A DNA stretch of 62,540 nucleotides, counting the filler, from Phoronis australis (taxonomy: Eukaryota > Animalia > Phoronida): NCBI GenBank assembly GCA_002633005.1. It is 6 parts of 6 records of this genome, joined end to end, with 100 filler letters (N's around TTAATTAATTAA, not from the genome) between each part and the next. Parts side by side here need not be neighbours in the genome. Positions count along the whole stretch, not along the records: positions 50,571 to 53,940 come from NMRA01003061.1; positions 54,041 to 57,326 come from NMRA01001873.1; positions 57,427 to 62,540 come from NMRA01002423.1; 3 more parts are not named here. One strand, written 5' to 3'. The notes under the pieces were generated by a model. The model made no database searches. It was not told the DNA's origin and saw nothing but the letters and a program-made list of their open reading frames with translations. Shown piece by piece: positions 50,999-62,540 of the stretch (positions are counted from its first letter, which is position 1; each line of letters opens with the position of its first letter). A program made the position numbers and the translations under genes.

Positions 50999-51236
50999 CA
51001 GTGGCAGATCTACGATTTCAGTAAGGGGGGGAGTTTAGGATTCGAGAGAATCCGAGGCGCGTAGCGCCGAGGAGAAGGAAGGTCGCGAGAGGGTTTCCCT
51101 CCTCCCGTGTAAGATTTTTTGGGATTTTTAGTAGCTAATTTCGTTTTTCTGGCGATTTTTTTTCCAGTTTTTATTTTTTACCCTGTCCCGAGGGGGGGTT
51201 TAAACCCCCTGAACCCCCCCTGTAGATCCGCCTCTG
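50999..51236 (+). mobile_element. hAT-like MITE (238 bp)
   Basis: Termini CAGTGGCAGATCTAC / GTAGATCCGCCTCTG; flanks TCAAC / TCTAC (5-bp TSD, one mismatch); body similar to 27878-28000 and the reverse of 46650-46774. Confidence 0.75.
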
Positions 51237-52623
51237 TCTACAATACCTAAATTATTGCCTCTTCAGGTTTGAGTTTGGTGTGCCCATTTCTCCGGCTACT
51301 TAATACGAGACCCAGCTTACAAGCACTGATAAATACAAATATGTGGGTGTTATGATTGATAATAATTTGTGGCACATGCTTAGTATGGGTGCACAGATGT
51401 TTTTCAGCGGATTGGCGTTTGTACAGAGTCAGGAGCTATGTCGGTCAGGCTACTCTTCAGACTCTGTACAAAAGTCTAATTGTAACAAACCTTGAAAACG
51501 GTGATGTTGTGTGAGGTAGCTGTGCGTCTTACCTTCAGGTTAGATTTCAAAAACTACAAAGCATGGCTGGAACGCTGATACTCAACTATAGTGGCCGTTG
51601 TAACGAAGCTCTTATTTCTGACCTCCTCAATACAGTTTGTGTTTGGGGCCTGGTTAGTAGGTGTGCCTTTCATTTAAACTTTATGGAGAACAAAGTCACA
51701 CATAGACTTACATATAATTACCTCACCACTAAATTCAGATCAATCACAGATTTTCAAAGTATCAATGCCAGAGCGAGTATTTCTGGCTGCCTGGTACCAA
51801 ATAAACTAAGAAGTTTTGCCTACAGAAGTGATGTCGCTTACAACGGGCCGAGGAGTGAGGTCTGCCGTCGTGAATGCGGCCAATGTCCACCTCTTCAAAC
51901 AGAACTGCTGATAATTTGTGCGTGGTTCGGGACTGTTGGTCTCAGCTCACCTTCGTGTTACTCTATTTTATCTTATTCGTATTCCCCGAGTAATTTTCAG
52001 TTATATCGCCATATTCCTGAAAAGAGAAGGAACTCTTTCCACTTTTACCTCCTTAGCATAAACGGTTACGTCACAAAAAGGGATCAGTTGCCACTTTGCG
52101 CGATACTATGCGAATAGGACCGAAAATTGAAACACTTTGGTTATTAACAGGGATACTATAGAACCTTAATTAAAATTATGACGCTGTATACAGACTAAAA
52201 TGAAATTACAATTCTTATTCTTGACTGGAGTGCGGATTGAAGGAATACGGAAAGCTACTTTTATTCAATTTGTATCCAAGGATTAATCTATTAAGCTACG
52301 CGTCGAACCGTAATGTATACAGTATATTAAATAGGTTTCCACAAGGCAGAAATACATTTTCATTCAAACTAGACGCTGCTAGTTTTTGCAGAGATCTGTA
52401 GTGATTGGTGTTGCCATTTTACCCGGCTCCTTATTTTTTTCTATCAGGTGTACTTCCTACTATTTGTGTGACTGTCCCTTAAGCCGGTACACAAATCTAA
52501 ATGACTTCATTACAACTTACATGTATATCAGTTCACTTTTACAACGGGGGTTATTTGACAATGCCGCTTTTGACCTGTTTCAATATCGATAAAGTTGCAA
52601 ACTCGCAGTTCCTGTCGTTTCAG

Positions 52624-52818
52624 CTACCGACTTATCTACACACGCTTGGACACATCATCGGTCTTTCTCACGAATTTAACAGCCCGGATAGAGATAATTA
52701 TATCACCATCAACTTTAATAAAACAACTTCTTCAGAAAATTTCCGCAAGCGACGCTATGACGAGGATGTTTACAAATTGGAATATGACTTCACTAGTCTC
52801 ATGCACTTCGGGTTGAAG
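52624..52818 (+). CDS. Astacin (M12A) metalloprotease-like exon, catalytic Glu lost
   Basis: 195-bp phase 0-0 exon LPTYLHTLGHIIGLSHEFNSPDRDNYITINF...LEYDFTSLMHFGLK versus consensus HExxHxxGFxHExxRxDRD / SxMHY. Other exons not securely located. Confidence 0.8.
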
Positions 52819-53940
52819 GTACTATATTTCTGGAGGTCAATTCTTTTCTAAGGCTCGGAGCTTCGGTTTCAAATTCTTGTACTCAAAATGGATATCGAAA
52901 TATTCTTTTGCATTTTCTATGTTGTTTATTTATGTGGTCAATTATTCTGTGCTTGAGTGACTTATGGTTTATCTTTTTTCTAACTCATGTTTTCATTCCA
53001 TTACTCCTAGATTCGATTAAGAGGGTGAAGTAAAACTCGAAATGTCAAGTCCAAGCTCTAAATTTCGGGGCGAGAATTTAGCCTTTACATGTAATTATAG
53101 ATCTATACACATTAAGTGGAAATTGGGACCAGGCAGTTAGTCCTACCATCCAATGTGTACTACTCGAGCAAAGAAAAATGGACACATAAATTGAGTTCAG
53201 ACCGAAGTAGAATTAAGAAAATGAAAAAAATCAAAGATTCAAATTTGATGTCCACGGTCTAATATTTTACTGAAATTGAAATCGAATCCTTTTTAATATT
53301 CTGTTTTCTTTAAGTTTAGAAAAAATCAAGACAAGTGTCTGTTGACTTGGTACTTGAAATCTCGTGTCCGGTGTTGAGTTTGTAGCTCAGATATAGGCGT
53401 CATCCAGTGCGAGGGTGAACTAAACACATATTTCATGCCTAAACTTAAGCGAACAAATGCAAAACAACCATCATTTCATATCGAAGTAGACAGGCAATTA
53501 CTGGCATAATTTCTGTATTTGGAGTCCGGGGATAAGACTACCGGGTCTACTCAAGCGATGTAAACTTCACCATGACTCGCACAAAGCGTGGTGGGGTTAC
53601 AGCTTCCGACCTACATGTATTTGGGTACACTCGTGATCCCTGTGCTAATATTGCTGAGGGAACTCTATTTTTTCCGTAACAAACACAAGCATGGTCACGT
53701 TTAAATCATCAAAGAGATACGTATATTTTGCACGAATGGTGACTCAGACTAGGTGATCTACCTTTGTCCAACCATACTGTAAAAGTGGAAACATGAATGA
53801 TGAATTGACATCTAAGATACTCAGTTGTTTATTTCGTTTACGACAAAATGAACAGAAAATACACCTTCTGACGTGTGCAAGCTGTCTTGGATTTCATGCA
53901 AAACTTGCACTGATATCGGTTCACACAATGTGCAAGCTGT

Positions 53941-54040
53941 NNNNNNNNNNNNNNNNNNNNNNNNNNNNNNNNNNNNNNNNNNNNTTAATTAATTAANNNN
54001 NNNNNNNNNNNNNNNNNNNNNNNNNNNNNNNNNNNNNNNN
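53941..54040. other. Artificial assembly spacer
   Basis: N44-TTAATTAATTAA-N44. Confidence 0.97.
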
Positions 54041-54742
54041 TACAAAGCATTGATTAAGCAACAGCGTGCGTTGAATATCAGCAGAAAGATAATCGTTTGA
54101 AAACCAATTCGACGCGTTGAATATCTAATCCAGATCGTTGATTAACCCATACAAGACGTTAATTAAACAATATTTCGCGTTGAATAAGAACATTTCAACG
54201 CGAAGAAAGGTACTTGTTTAAGAACCCTTTGTCACTTCATATAGAACTGCCAAACAACGTATAAAAATCGATGACATTTCGTGAGTCTGTTAAAAGTGAC
54301 AATTTACGACAATGAGAAGCAGAACAAGCTAACAAAAGCAGAAATGGTCACTTGTCATTGCTTTCGATGTCCGATATTACAAGATTATTTCACTTTTTTT
54401 CTTCTGAAAACTATGCACCTGTACATGTATACATGTGGAGGTAATCTGACCGGATCCAAGTAAGATAATACGCTAGTGTTGGCGTAAAAACTCAACGCCA
54501 AAAAAAGTATAATTCCTACGATCTAAGAATTCTTCTAGAGAAACGAACGCCGTTCTTAAGAAACGAAATGCTGTCATTGAGAGAAAAAAATCGTGGTTGA
54601 AATACAACTGGTGAGAAAATATGAGTTAATGAGAAGATGAAGTTGTTAACGAGAATAGAAAATATTAGCAGACTTGTTCTCATTACAGCAAGATTGCAAG
54701 TGCAAAACCAGGCCTCTGGCATCTTGTGCGTCCACTCGGAAA

Positions 54743-56840
54743 TTTAGTGATGACGTATCTGTCACTATTATGACGCGATTTGAACCCACCTATAGGAATA
54801 TTAATTTTCAGTCGCGTCACGTTTCAAAAAACATTTGCAGGTCATGAATTATTTAGATTCAGGTAATCCCGGTGGCAATTTGGAACTTTATTTTTGTAGA
54901 AAGTTACATGTTTTGTGAGATCGGTGTGCTCCAACAACGGTTGCATGCATTGTATCAGAATTGACTTGGTCCATGCTCAGGTAAAATTCTTCGAAGTGTT
55001 AGTAAATCACAGTGCTACTTGAATATGGCCTAGTTTGTTTATTTTTTATTTCGACATTTAAATGATACTTGACAGGTTAGTAGTGACAGTAAATCTTCAA
55101 CTGTTATACACGAACTAGGTGCATCATGATGGATAGAATGGTGAAAGACATGCCGACGGGAGGATTCAAATACAATTCCAGTGTTGATGCAACCTGCGTC
55201 AAGATCCAGGCATTCAGAGGCAAAGACCAATTGAGTTCCGCTAAGGTTACTGTTGAATGCGATATAGAATTCACATTGGAAACAAGCAAGCAGGTATGTT
55301 TCCAAATGTTGGAGGAAGAGAGTGTATGGGGATGGGTGTTGAGGGGAGGGGAGCATGTGCGACAGGGACAGGGTGACGGGTGGGTGAAGGGAGAGAGGAA
55401 CGGCACACGTAAGGAATGGAAAAAGTGGCACCCGGATGGACGGACGTATGTACAGATTGCCAGGCAGAAGCAACGAGGGGGAAGAGCGGGTCAGAAGGTC
55501 AAGGGAAGAAAAGAAGGAGAGACGGAGGGGAGAATTGGGTTTAATGTAGTAGAGAAGTTAGGAATATCGCTGTCGCCCGCCCACGTCCTTCATCCNNNNN
55601 NNNNNNNNNNNNNNNNNNNNNNNNNNNNNNNNNNNNNNNNNTGAGTTCCGCTAAGGTTACTGTTGAATGCGATATAGAATTCACATTGGAAACAAGCAAG
55701 CAGGTATGTTTCCAAATGTACAGACAGAATGGAGGAAGAGAGTGTATGGGGATGGGTGATGAGGGGGGAGAGGGGAGAGGGGTATGGGGATGGGTGTTGA
55801 GGGGGGAGAGGGGAGCATTTGTGACTGGGACAGGGTGACGAGTGGATGAAGGGAGAGAGACACGGCAAACGTAAGGAATGAAAAAGTAGCACCCGGATGG
55901 ACGGACGTATGGACAGATTACCAGGCAGAAGCAAGGAGGGGGAAGAGCGGGTCAGAAGGTCAAGGGAAGAAAAGAGGGAGAGACGGAGGGGAGAATTGGG
56001 TTTAATGTAGTAGAGAAGTTAGGAATATCGCTGTCGCCCGCCCACGTCCTTCATCCATTTGTCACCAAATGTGTGCCGCTTTCACAGTCCCCCAGTGACC
56101 ACCTATTTTGTTTCGTGGCCTCCGACCGTCATCAAATGCGTGTGCAGACTTGTTCTTACTACACGGCAAAACCCGACCTTTCGCATTCACTACTCAGAAG
56201 CTTAGTGATGACATATCTGTCAGTATTATGACAAAGTTGTAGGTTTTGTTAGATCGATGTGCTCTGTATGCTACCGGAAGCTTGAAAAGGATTAGAAATG
56301 ATCTGGTCCATAGTCTGGTAATAAATTTTCGAAGTGCTTGTAAATCACAGGGCTACCTGAATGTGGCCTAATTTACTTTGTTTTTTTGTTTTTTTTTTAA
56401 CTTTGACATTTTAATGGTACTTGACGCGTCAGTAGTGACACTACAAGCAAGCAGGTACGTTTCCAAGTGTTCCGACAGAATGAAAGAAGAGAGGGTATAG
56501 GGGGGGAGATGACGGGGGAGAGAAGAGAGCATGTGCGGGAGGGACAGGCTGACAGACGGACGGAGAGAGGGAGGAACGGACAAACGTAAGGAATGAAAAA
56601 GTGACACATGGGTGAACGGGCGTACGGACAGATTATCAAACAGAAACAAGGAGGGAGAGGGAAGAAAAGAGGGAACGGAGGGGCGAGTTGGGGTTAAATA
56701 CAATAGAGTAGTTAGGACTATCGCTGTCGCCCGCCCACATCCTTCATCCTTTCGTCACCAACTTTGCGCCGCTTGAACACAGTCCCCCCATGACCACCTG
56801 TTTTGTTCCGTACCCTCCGACCGTCAACACATGCGTGTGT
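54743..56840. repeat. Tandem diverged units with purine-rich tracts and an exon-like core, split by a 46-N gap (55596-55641)
   Basis: 54743-55595, 55642-56200 and 56202-56840 share ACAAGCAAGCAGGTA.GTTTCCAA and ATCGCTGTCGCCCGCCCAC.TCCTTCATCC; units 1 and 3 also share TTAGTGATGAC.TATCTGTCA. Confidence 0.85.
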
Positions 56841-57326
56841 GTCGCTCTATGCCGCCTCCTGGGTGCAACAGCATCACTACGGCACAGCAAAACAGGCGTC
56901 TCGATACTGAGTTAATACTGCAAAATTCCAGGTACTATCGTATTTCTTGCTTCCGTCTCTGTTCAAGAGATATCAATAAAAAGAATAAAACTGTTCCTTC
57001 AGGCATCGCCATACTTTTAAATCCTACTTTACATTCACTGATTAATGATGTAATACAATACAAATGTACATATTGTGTTATAGGACGATGCGAGTTGCAA
57101 CACAACTGCGAGAAGAAGACGTGACGTGGAGGATCACGTGATTAGAAGGGTTACGCTTGTTCTCGGATTGAAGAACGGCGATCAAGGTTTGTTCAAAAAC
57201 GTCTTGTCTCAAAAATAATCGAGAGGGACATTGAAAACTACATGTGTGAAATATGAAGCATGACATTCAAACATACATGTATAAACACAAGCACGTAGGT
57301 TTAGAGTATACCGCATCCGAATTTGT

Positions 57327-57426
57327 NNNNNNNNNNNNNNNNNNNNNNNNNNNNNNNNNNNNNNNNNNNNTTAATTAATTAANNNNNNNNNNNNNNNNNN
57401 NNNNNNNNNNNNNNNNNNNNNNNNNN
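57327..57426. other. Artificial assembly spacer
   Basis: N44-TTAATTAATTAA-N44. Confidence 0.97.
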
Positions 57427-57587
57427 CAAGTTCTCCCACCTTGCCTTTCTTAAATAAATTTGGATTTTAAAAACCCAAGTGCTTTATCATAAGATGATTA
57501 CAATAACAAAACTCAAGAAAGCAAATAGGTAAGAAATAAAATTAGGAAAAATCAGAAAATAAAGTAGCCTTAAAAAGGTTTTATTAA

Positions 57588-60414
57588 AGGAGCATGCCAC
57601 CCAAAAAAACAACCTATTTTTATCAATTTAGATCGTGTAGTTCTACTCGACAACGGGATGTTCGGTTGCGTTACCTGACACCTGACGGCAGTCGGAGGTG
57701 TTGAAATTATCCAGTGACGTAATTGGTTTCACACGCACTCTGTTCAGCAGTTCACAACACGGGTTACTGGTGTCAGCTTATCGCTTGAATTCATCGCTCA
57801 ACACCAATAAATCATCAAACTTCGATGTTAAACCCTTAAAAATACACCGAGTTCTTATAAAAACGTGTTGTTTTATTTGGCTGTACGGATTTACTGGCAT
57901 TTGGACACACCGTAGCCAACCATTACCAGCAATTCGTAAACTAGGTCATCCGCCGCGTTCTCTGCGTAAACTAGGTCATCGCTTATGGACCAGTTAGCGC
58001 TTCACTCTCCGCGTGTCTACTGGAGAGAAGCACCAGGAAGGTTGTTCTACATTTTGTAGCCCAAAATTACCAAAGTTCAAATGTTTTCCGTTAAAAAGGA
58101 AAGACAAAACATGTCATTAAAGATGTCCGGCCAATATCATGAGTCACCACTCGTAAGCAAATCAAAGCTGTCCTTACTGGTTGCTTTATCTCGCACTACC
58201 TCAATCGACTAGTTTTCTGAGTTCACAATGCAACAATACAATTCTCATAGATTCAACTTGTAATGACCCCTTTCAATTTTAAACCATGCCCGAAGTACTC
58301 GGAAAAAATATTGTTAGGTAGGAGATTTTTTCTCTGAAGTGGATCGTAAACACCTCAGGTGAGTTAGTCCGCACATTTAATTTGGTTTAGAGCTGAATTT
58401 TAGCTCCCATACTCATGGGCCGGGCCGGTCAAGGGCCAATCCCTGTTGTACGCACCACTTAGAACATTGGAATCAATCTGTTATATATAGAGAAAACGTT
58501 TATTAGTATACTGGTTTGAATATTAGTGATTTAACCAAAAACTTCGAATTAACTAGACCCACTAATGATAGTCTATGATGAAAAACTGATACCAAAAGGC
58601 CAAAATTGGCAATTTTCGGCCACCCCATGTTAAATACAAAATTTTGTCTAATTTTGTTCAAACTCCTACATTTCAATCTTGATTATACTGACATCTGTTG
58701 GGTCTATCGGCAACTAACCTCACATGAAAGGCTTGGTCGAAAATTATCGTTTTCTCACATGCACTTTCGGGTTTTTAGCGGCGATTCCACTGATCGAAGC
58801 GACAAAATAAGCAAAAGCTTTGGCCATACCATGTTAAACATAATTTTTTTCCAATTTTGCTGAAACTTGGCCACGTTTTTAACAAAATACTTATCTATGT
58901 TATATGCTATCGGCAAATGTGTTTGATTCATAAATAAGACCCTCACGCTGTGTTTTCTGCGAATCCCATGTATCCTGAAGGGGGCTAACTGAGAGACTTT
59001 CGCGCATGCGCAGTTCACGGTTTCAATATTGCTGGTAATGCAAAATTCGGCAGGCCAATTTACCAAGGTCCGTAGCACGTTGGGGTCTGTTCGAAGTATT
59101 CTTCGTTGAAATGAAGACAAGATAACCTAGATCTGTGTTGTTCTACTTGTGATTTTTAGAGTTCTAAACACACAAAACGCTTGTTATCCCGGCCAGTGGC
59201 TCGGAACACGATCAGGCCCGTCCGAGTCACGGCCTGACTGACTCGTTATCCCAGCCAGTGGCTCAGAACCCGATCAGGCCCGTCGCGGCCGCCGGGACTG
59301 GCACGAACATAAACCATCTTGAGTTGGAAAGTAAGCCTCCAGTCACGAAAAGATTATAATAGTGAGCCAAAGAAATAATTGTGCACGTAATTATTTATGT
59401 GAATTAGCCACGAAACTGAAAATCTACTTAGGCTACTTGTCGGGGGCCGCGATGTTTCCCTTCCACAGACCGTCGGGGCAAAGGTTGTACAGTAACAATG
59501 ATTTGAAAAACGTATTTGTATCTCTAAATAAAGATTCCCCTAACATGTGGCCATAGCATATGAAATCGAGTAATTGTTTCACAACAGCTTTCTGTCGGCA
59601 AACACTGAATTAGCATCCGCTCACATGGCCTCGGTGCCCGGTCAACTACCTTTGTCGCCCCAAAAATCGGTAACGCAGTGGTTTATTCATTGCTGGCTTC
59701 TCAAAACATTTGTACTCACGAGCACTCCAAGGCATTACAATTGTATCTAATGAGACGGGCTTTGTTTCAGTTTCATATAAGCATTGGTTAGGATGAGAAA
59801 TTCATTTTGAAACAGAACGCAGAATAATAAACGTCTAGGCCTACCCCGCAACTCGCCCCGCGCCAATCCCGACTTAGTCAAGAGCTCAGGCAATGAAGAC
59901 TTCACGGGTCGGATCGCTAGGTTTCGCAGGCTATCAGCTCGAATCGGAATACACTGATCAAGAAATAGAGAGGCGCCGTGAACATGCACAGGCAACGGAA
60001 CGTATGGATAGTTCTTTGGTAAGCTGGAATTCGTCAGAGAAATCACTGTCGACGAAATGCTGGTCACATATACGGAGATGTTTCACGGCATTATACTTGC
60101 TATTAACAGCCTACCTTTCATTCTTCACTACCGCGAGCCACTTCCTAAGCATTTCGGGCTCTCCATGAAATCGAAAAAACGAAATACCCGCTTTCTTTGC
60201 AGCTTCGTAATTCGGACAAGCGCGAACGATGCATCGCAATATAGTGACATTCACTCTGCAGACGAACCACTGACGTCGATGCCTCGTTTCTCACCTTCCT
60301 CACAGGTTAACGCGACACCTCTCGGCAAGGTGAGGTCGACGGTATAAGAGGCGATGTGAAAATAGACCGATTAAGATGGTAAAAAAGACTAATTAAATCG
60401 GGTGGCATTCTCCT
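57588..60414 (+). mobile_element. Degenerate Kolobok-type DNA transposon (2.8 kb)
   Basis: TTAA flanks (57584-57587, 60415-60418), TIR AGGAG(C/A)ATGCCACCC. THAP-like remnant ~57860-58140 (VVLFGC...LHFVAQNY...KHVIKDVRPI). KolX-like remnant ~59900-60060 (GYQLESEYTDQEIERR...SW). Confidence 0.65.
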
Positions 60415-62540
60415 TTAAGTTGTCCTGGGATTGCATGTCGGATGAGAACTCATGAGAGGGACGGGAAACTTGAAAACCTGGACTTCAGAACACTCTGAAA
60501 GTTGCATGAGCGACTTCACGACTTCGATATTGGCCGAATAAATATAACTGCCAACTGAATATGAGCGCACATTTATTCAGCGTCCCTGTAGGATACGTGT
60601 TCGTGCTGGCTCAAAGAAGCGCGAGTTCTTCACAACCAGCTTCCCAAGAAAGTGTGCTTTTCCCGACACAATTTCGGCGAAAAAGTTCACTCTATGGTTT
60701 AGGAGCTTCACATCAAAAGTCCGCTTTTACAACAGAGCTCTACAAAAAGGTATCGTACACTATTTAGACTCGTTGCATCAAAAATACAACCGTAAGGATT
60801 ATAAAGAATATTTATTGAATATCAGAGATTCAATATTGAAATAAACCGTTTGTAGGGGTACCTATAATAGAATAAAATCCTGCAACGATCCTCTGAAAAA
60901 GGCAAATAGGGGTTCATTGTAATTGTGACGTAGCTGGTGGCTATCCTAATTTATCAGCAACAAATCTGACAAAAATGGGGCACAGGTTTATTATAACATG
61001 CAGTGGCGTACAATTTACACAGAGCAAGTTTTTCAGCAGGCGGTTCCTATCACCATTTTGTGTTTTACATATTAACAATTTCGAAAAATGTTTAAGCCTG
61101 GTCCGTACGCCACCTGTTAGCCACATCACATGACCCAATGAAGATGAGTCTTAGACAGTGACTACCGTCTCTAGCTGACTAGAGACGGCGTAACTCCTAC
61201 AGGAGCTTCATACGCCCGAAGCTTTTCGGCGAATTAAGCCTTACACTGACCAAAAGAACAAAATCACGTTTTTATAAAAACCTTTTGCGCATCGAGGGAC
61301 ACATTAGGATGCCGTCGATGTATTTAATTCCTTTCAACTCGAAGAAATACCCGTTATCAAACTTTTTCTTCGAGCAGTCCCTCGTTCAGTTCACAAAATC
61401 GGAAACTCGCCATTATTAACACTGCGCGCGGCAGGTGGTATGACGTCATAGCCCCCACACCAAATGGGCCAAGCAGGTTTCACTGTCATTTTGCGAACGG
61501 ACAGTCCACCGCAAAGTCGTTCTATTTCAGTTTGAACTTTAAGGATATCCCCTTTCCCACCTATTGCGAACTGAGTACAGAAGCTCGCGGAGGTCTACTC
61601 GTTCTTTCCCAAGAAAGGTGGACACAAGCTCGGCAACCCCTTGGAAAGCGTTCCGTAGACGCAAGACACTCGCAAATGACACACGTATATAAATCTTCAC
61701 TTCTGCAACGGAAATAGAGAATTTTATCTCATATTAAGCATCCAAACCTCAACGACCAGTCTCTTCTGTGGACGCCTTTTATATGGTAGAGTACGCTACT
61801 GAAGGTCCTGAAACTCACGAGTGATTTTGCGTGGTCTTACGTGGTATTGCTATTTGGCTAGATTGTTGGGTCTAGAAATGAAGAGCCCAAAATTCACTAA
61901 GTATAGCTCGTGAAACAATCTGCATGCGTTCCAAAAGTCACGTGAGACCTTGTTTCAACGGAGTCCGTTTTTATTGGTGAATAGCTTTCCGGGCGGAAGC
62001 TCTTCCGGTTGCAAGACGCCTATGAGTGAAATTCGCTACCGCCTACTGAACAGTAATAGGCACCGAGGTATGCCGAGTCCTATATTCTCGTGGGATGTTT
62101 GGAAGCAGGGAGAGGTGTGCGTGAGTATTCTCAATGTCTGCATCCTGAGTGTGCATGTACTTTTACCACTTGGCTGATTACTATATGTTTGCAGACTTAG
62201 TTTTAAGATTTTAGTTTTCAGATCTAATTTAATGTAATACTAAAGTATCAGGAAAGTTTGAGAGAGTGAGTAAGAGAAAGAGGACACATTTTCTTGTAGA
62301 ATATTGCTGGGGAAATGTTTGGTTTTAAAAAGTGTAATTTAGAGATTTTGAAAGAAATGTCAAGTTTTGAACCGCTGCATTCGTATGTGTTGTCAGTGAT
62401 GTCCAAAACTCGAAGTTCTGGGATACGGATCTACAGGAATACATAACCCGTTATTAATAAGCCACTGTAGTTCATAGCGTATAGTATTCTCGTAACAGGT
62501 GGGATTTATTACTACATCATATTATGTGATGTCGACTTTA

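Noticed and set aside
4582-52818. An immune or apoptosis gene cluster (RTK + IAP + TIR + protease) as a novel system
   Set aside because: The genes lie on separate contigs joined by artificial spacers or single Ns and BIRC6 is broken, so co-location is not evidence of a system.
165-62177. Most 60-180-aa ORFs in the supplied track, for example 51563-52117 and 45653-46123
   Set aside because: They have no recognisable domains. They are chance ORFs, antisense shadows of real exons, or exon read-through into introns.

Overview
This is intron-rich animal genomic DNA, probably from an invertebrate (inference), not prokaryotic. It is a draft assembly of at least six pieces joined by artificial 100-bp spacers (N44-TTAATTAATTAA-N44), plus one plain N gap and several single-N joins, so gene order across spacers is unreliable. 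I traced exons by hand from GT/AG sites, phase and protein motifs. (1) The 3' part of a Tie/TEK-like receptor tyrosine kinase on the minus strand (FN3-FN3-TM-kinase, ~4.6-14.6 kb). (2) Broken, non-consecutive BIRC6/BRUCE exons on the plus strand (~24-29.5 kb), probably a partial-duplicate pseudogene. (3) An 8-exon ARM-like/TIR/SAM-like gene on the minus strand (30.2-41.6 kb) that keeps the putative NADase glutamate. (4) An astacin-family exon whose catalytic Glu is replaced by Thr. The rest is rich in DNA transposons (Harbinger, Kolobok, ISL2EU-like, a hAT family with 5-bp TSDs, a 71-bp hairpin with a 10-bp TSD), a probable solo LTR, tandem repeats and a 2-kb array of co-oriented CTCF-like motifs. 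I found no CRISPR array, rRNA or intact tRNA, and no clearly new multi-gene system. Family calls come from motifs I recall, not from database searches.
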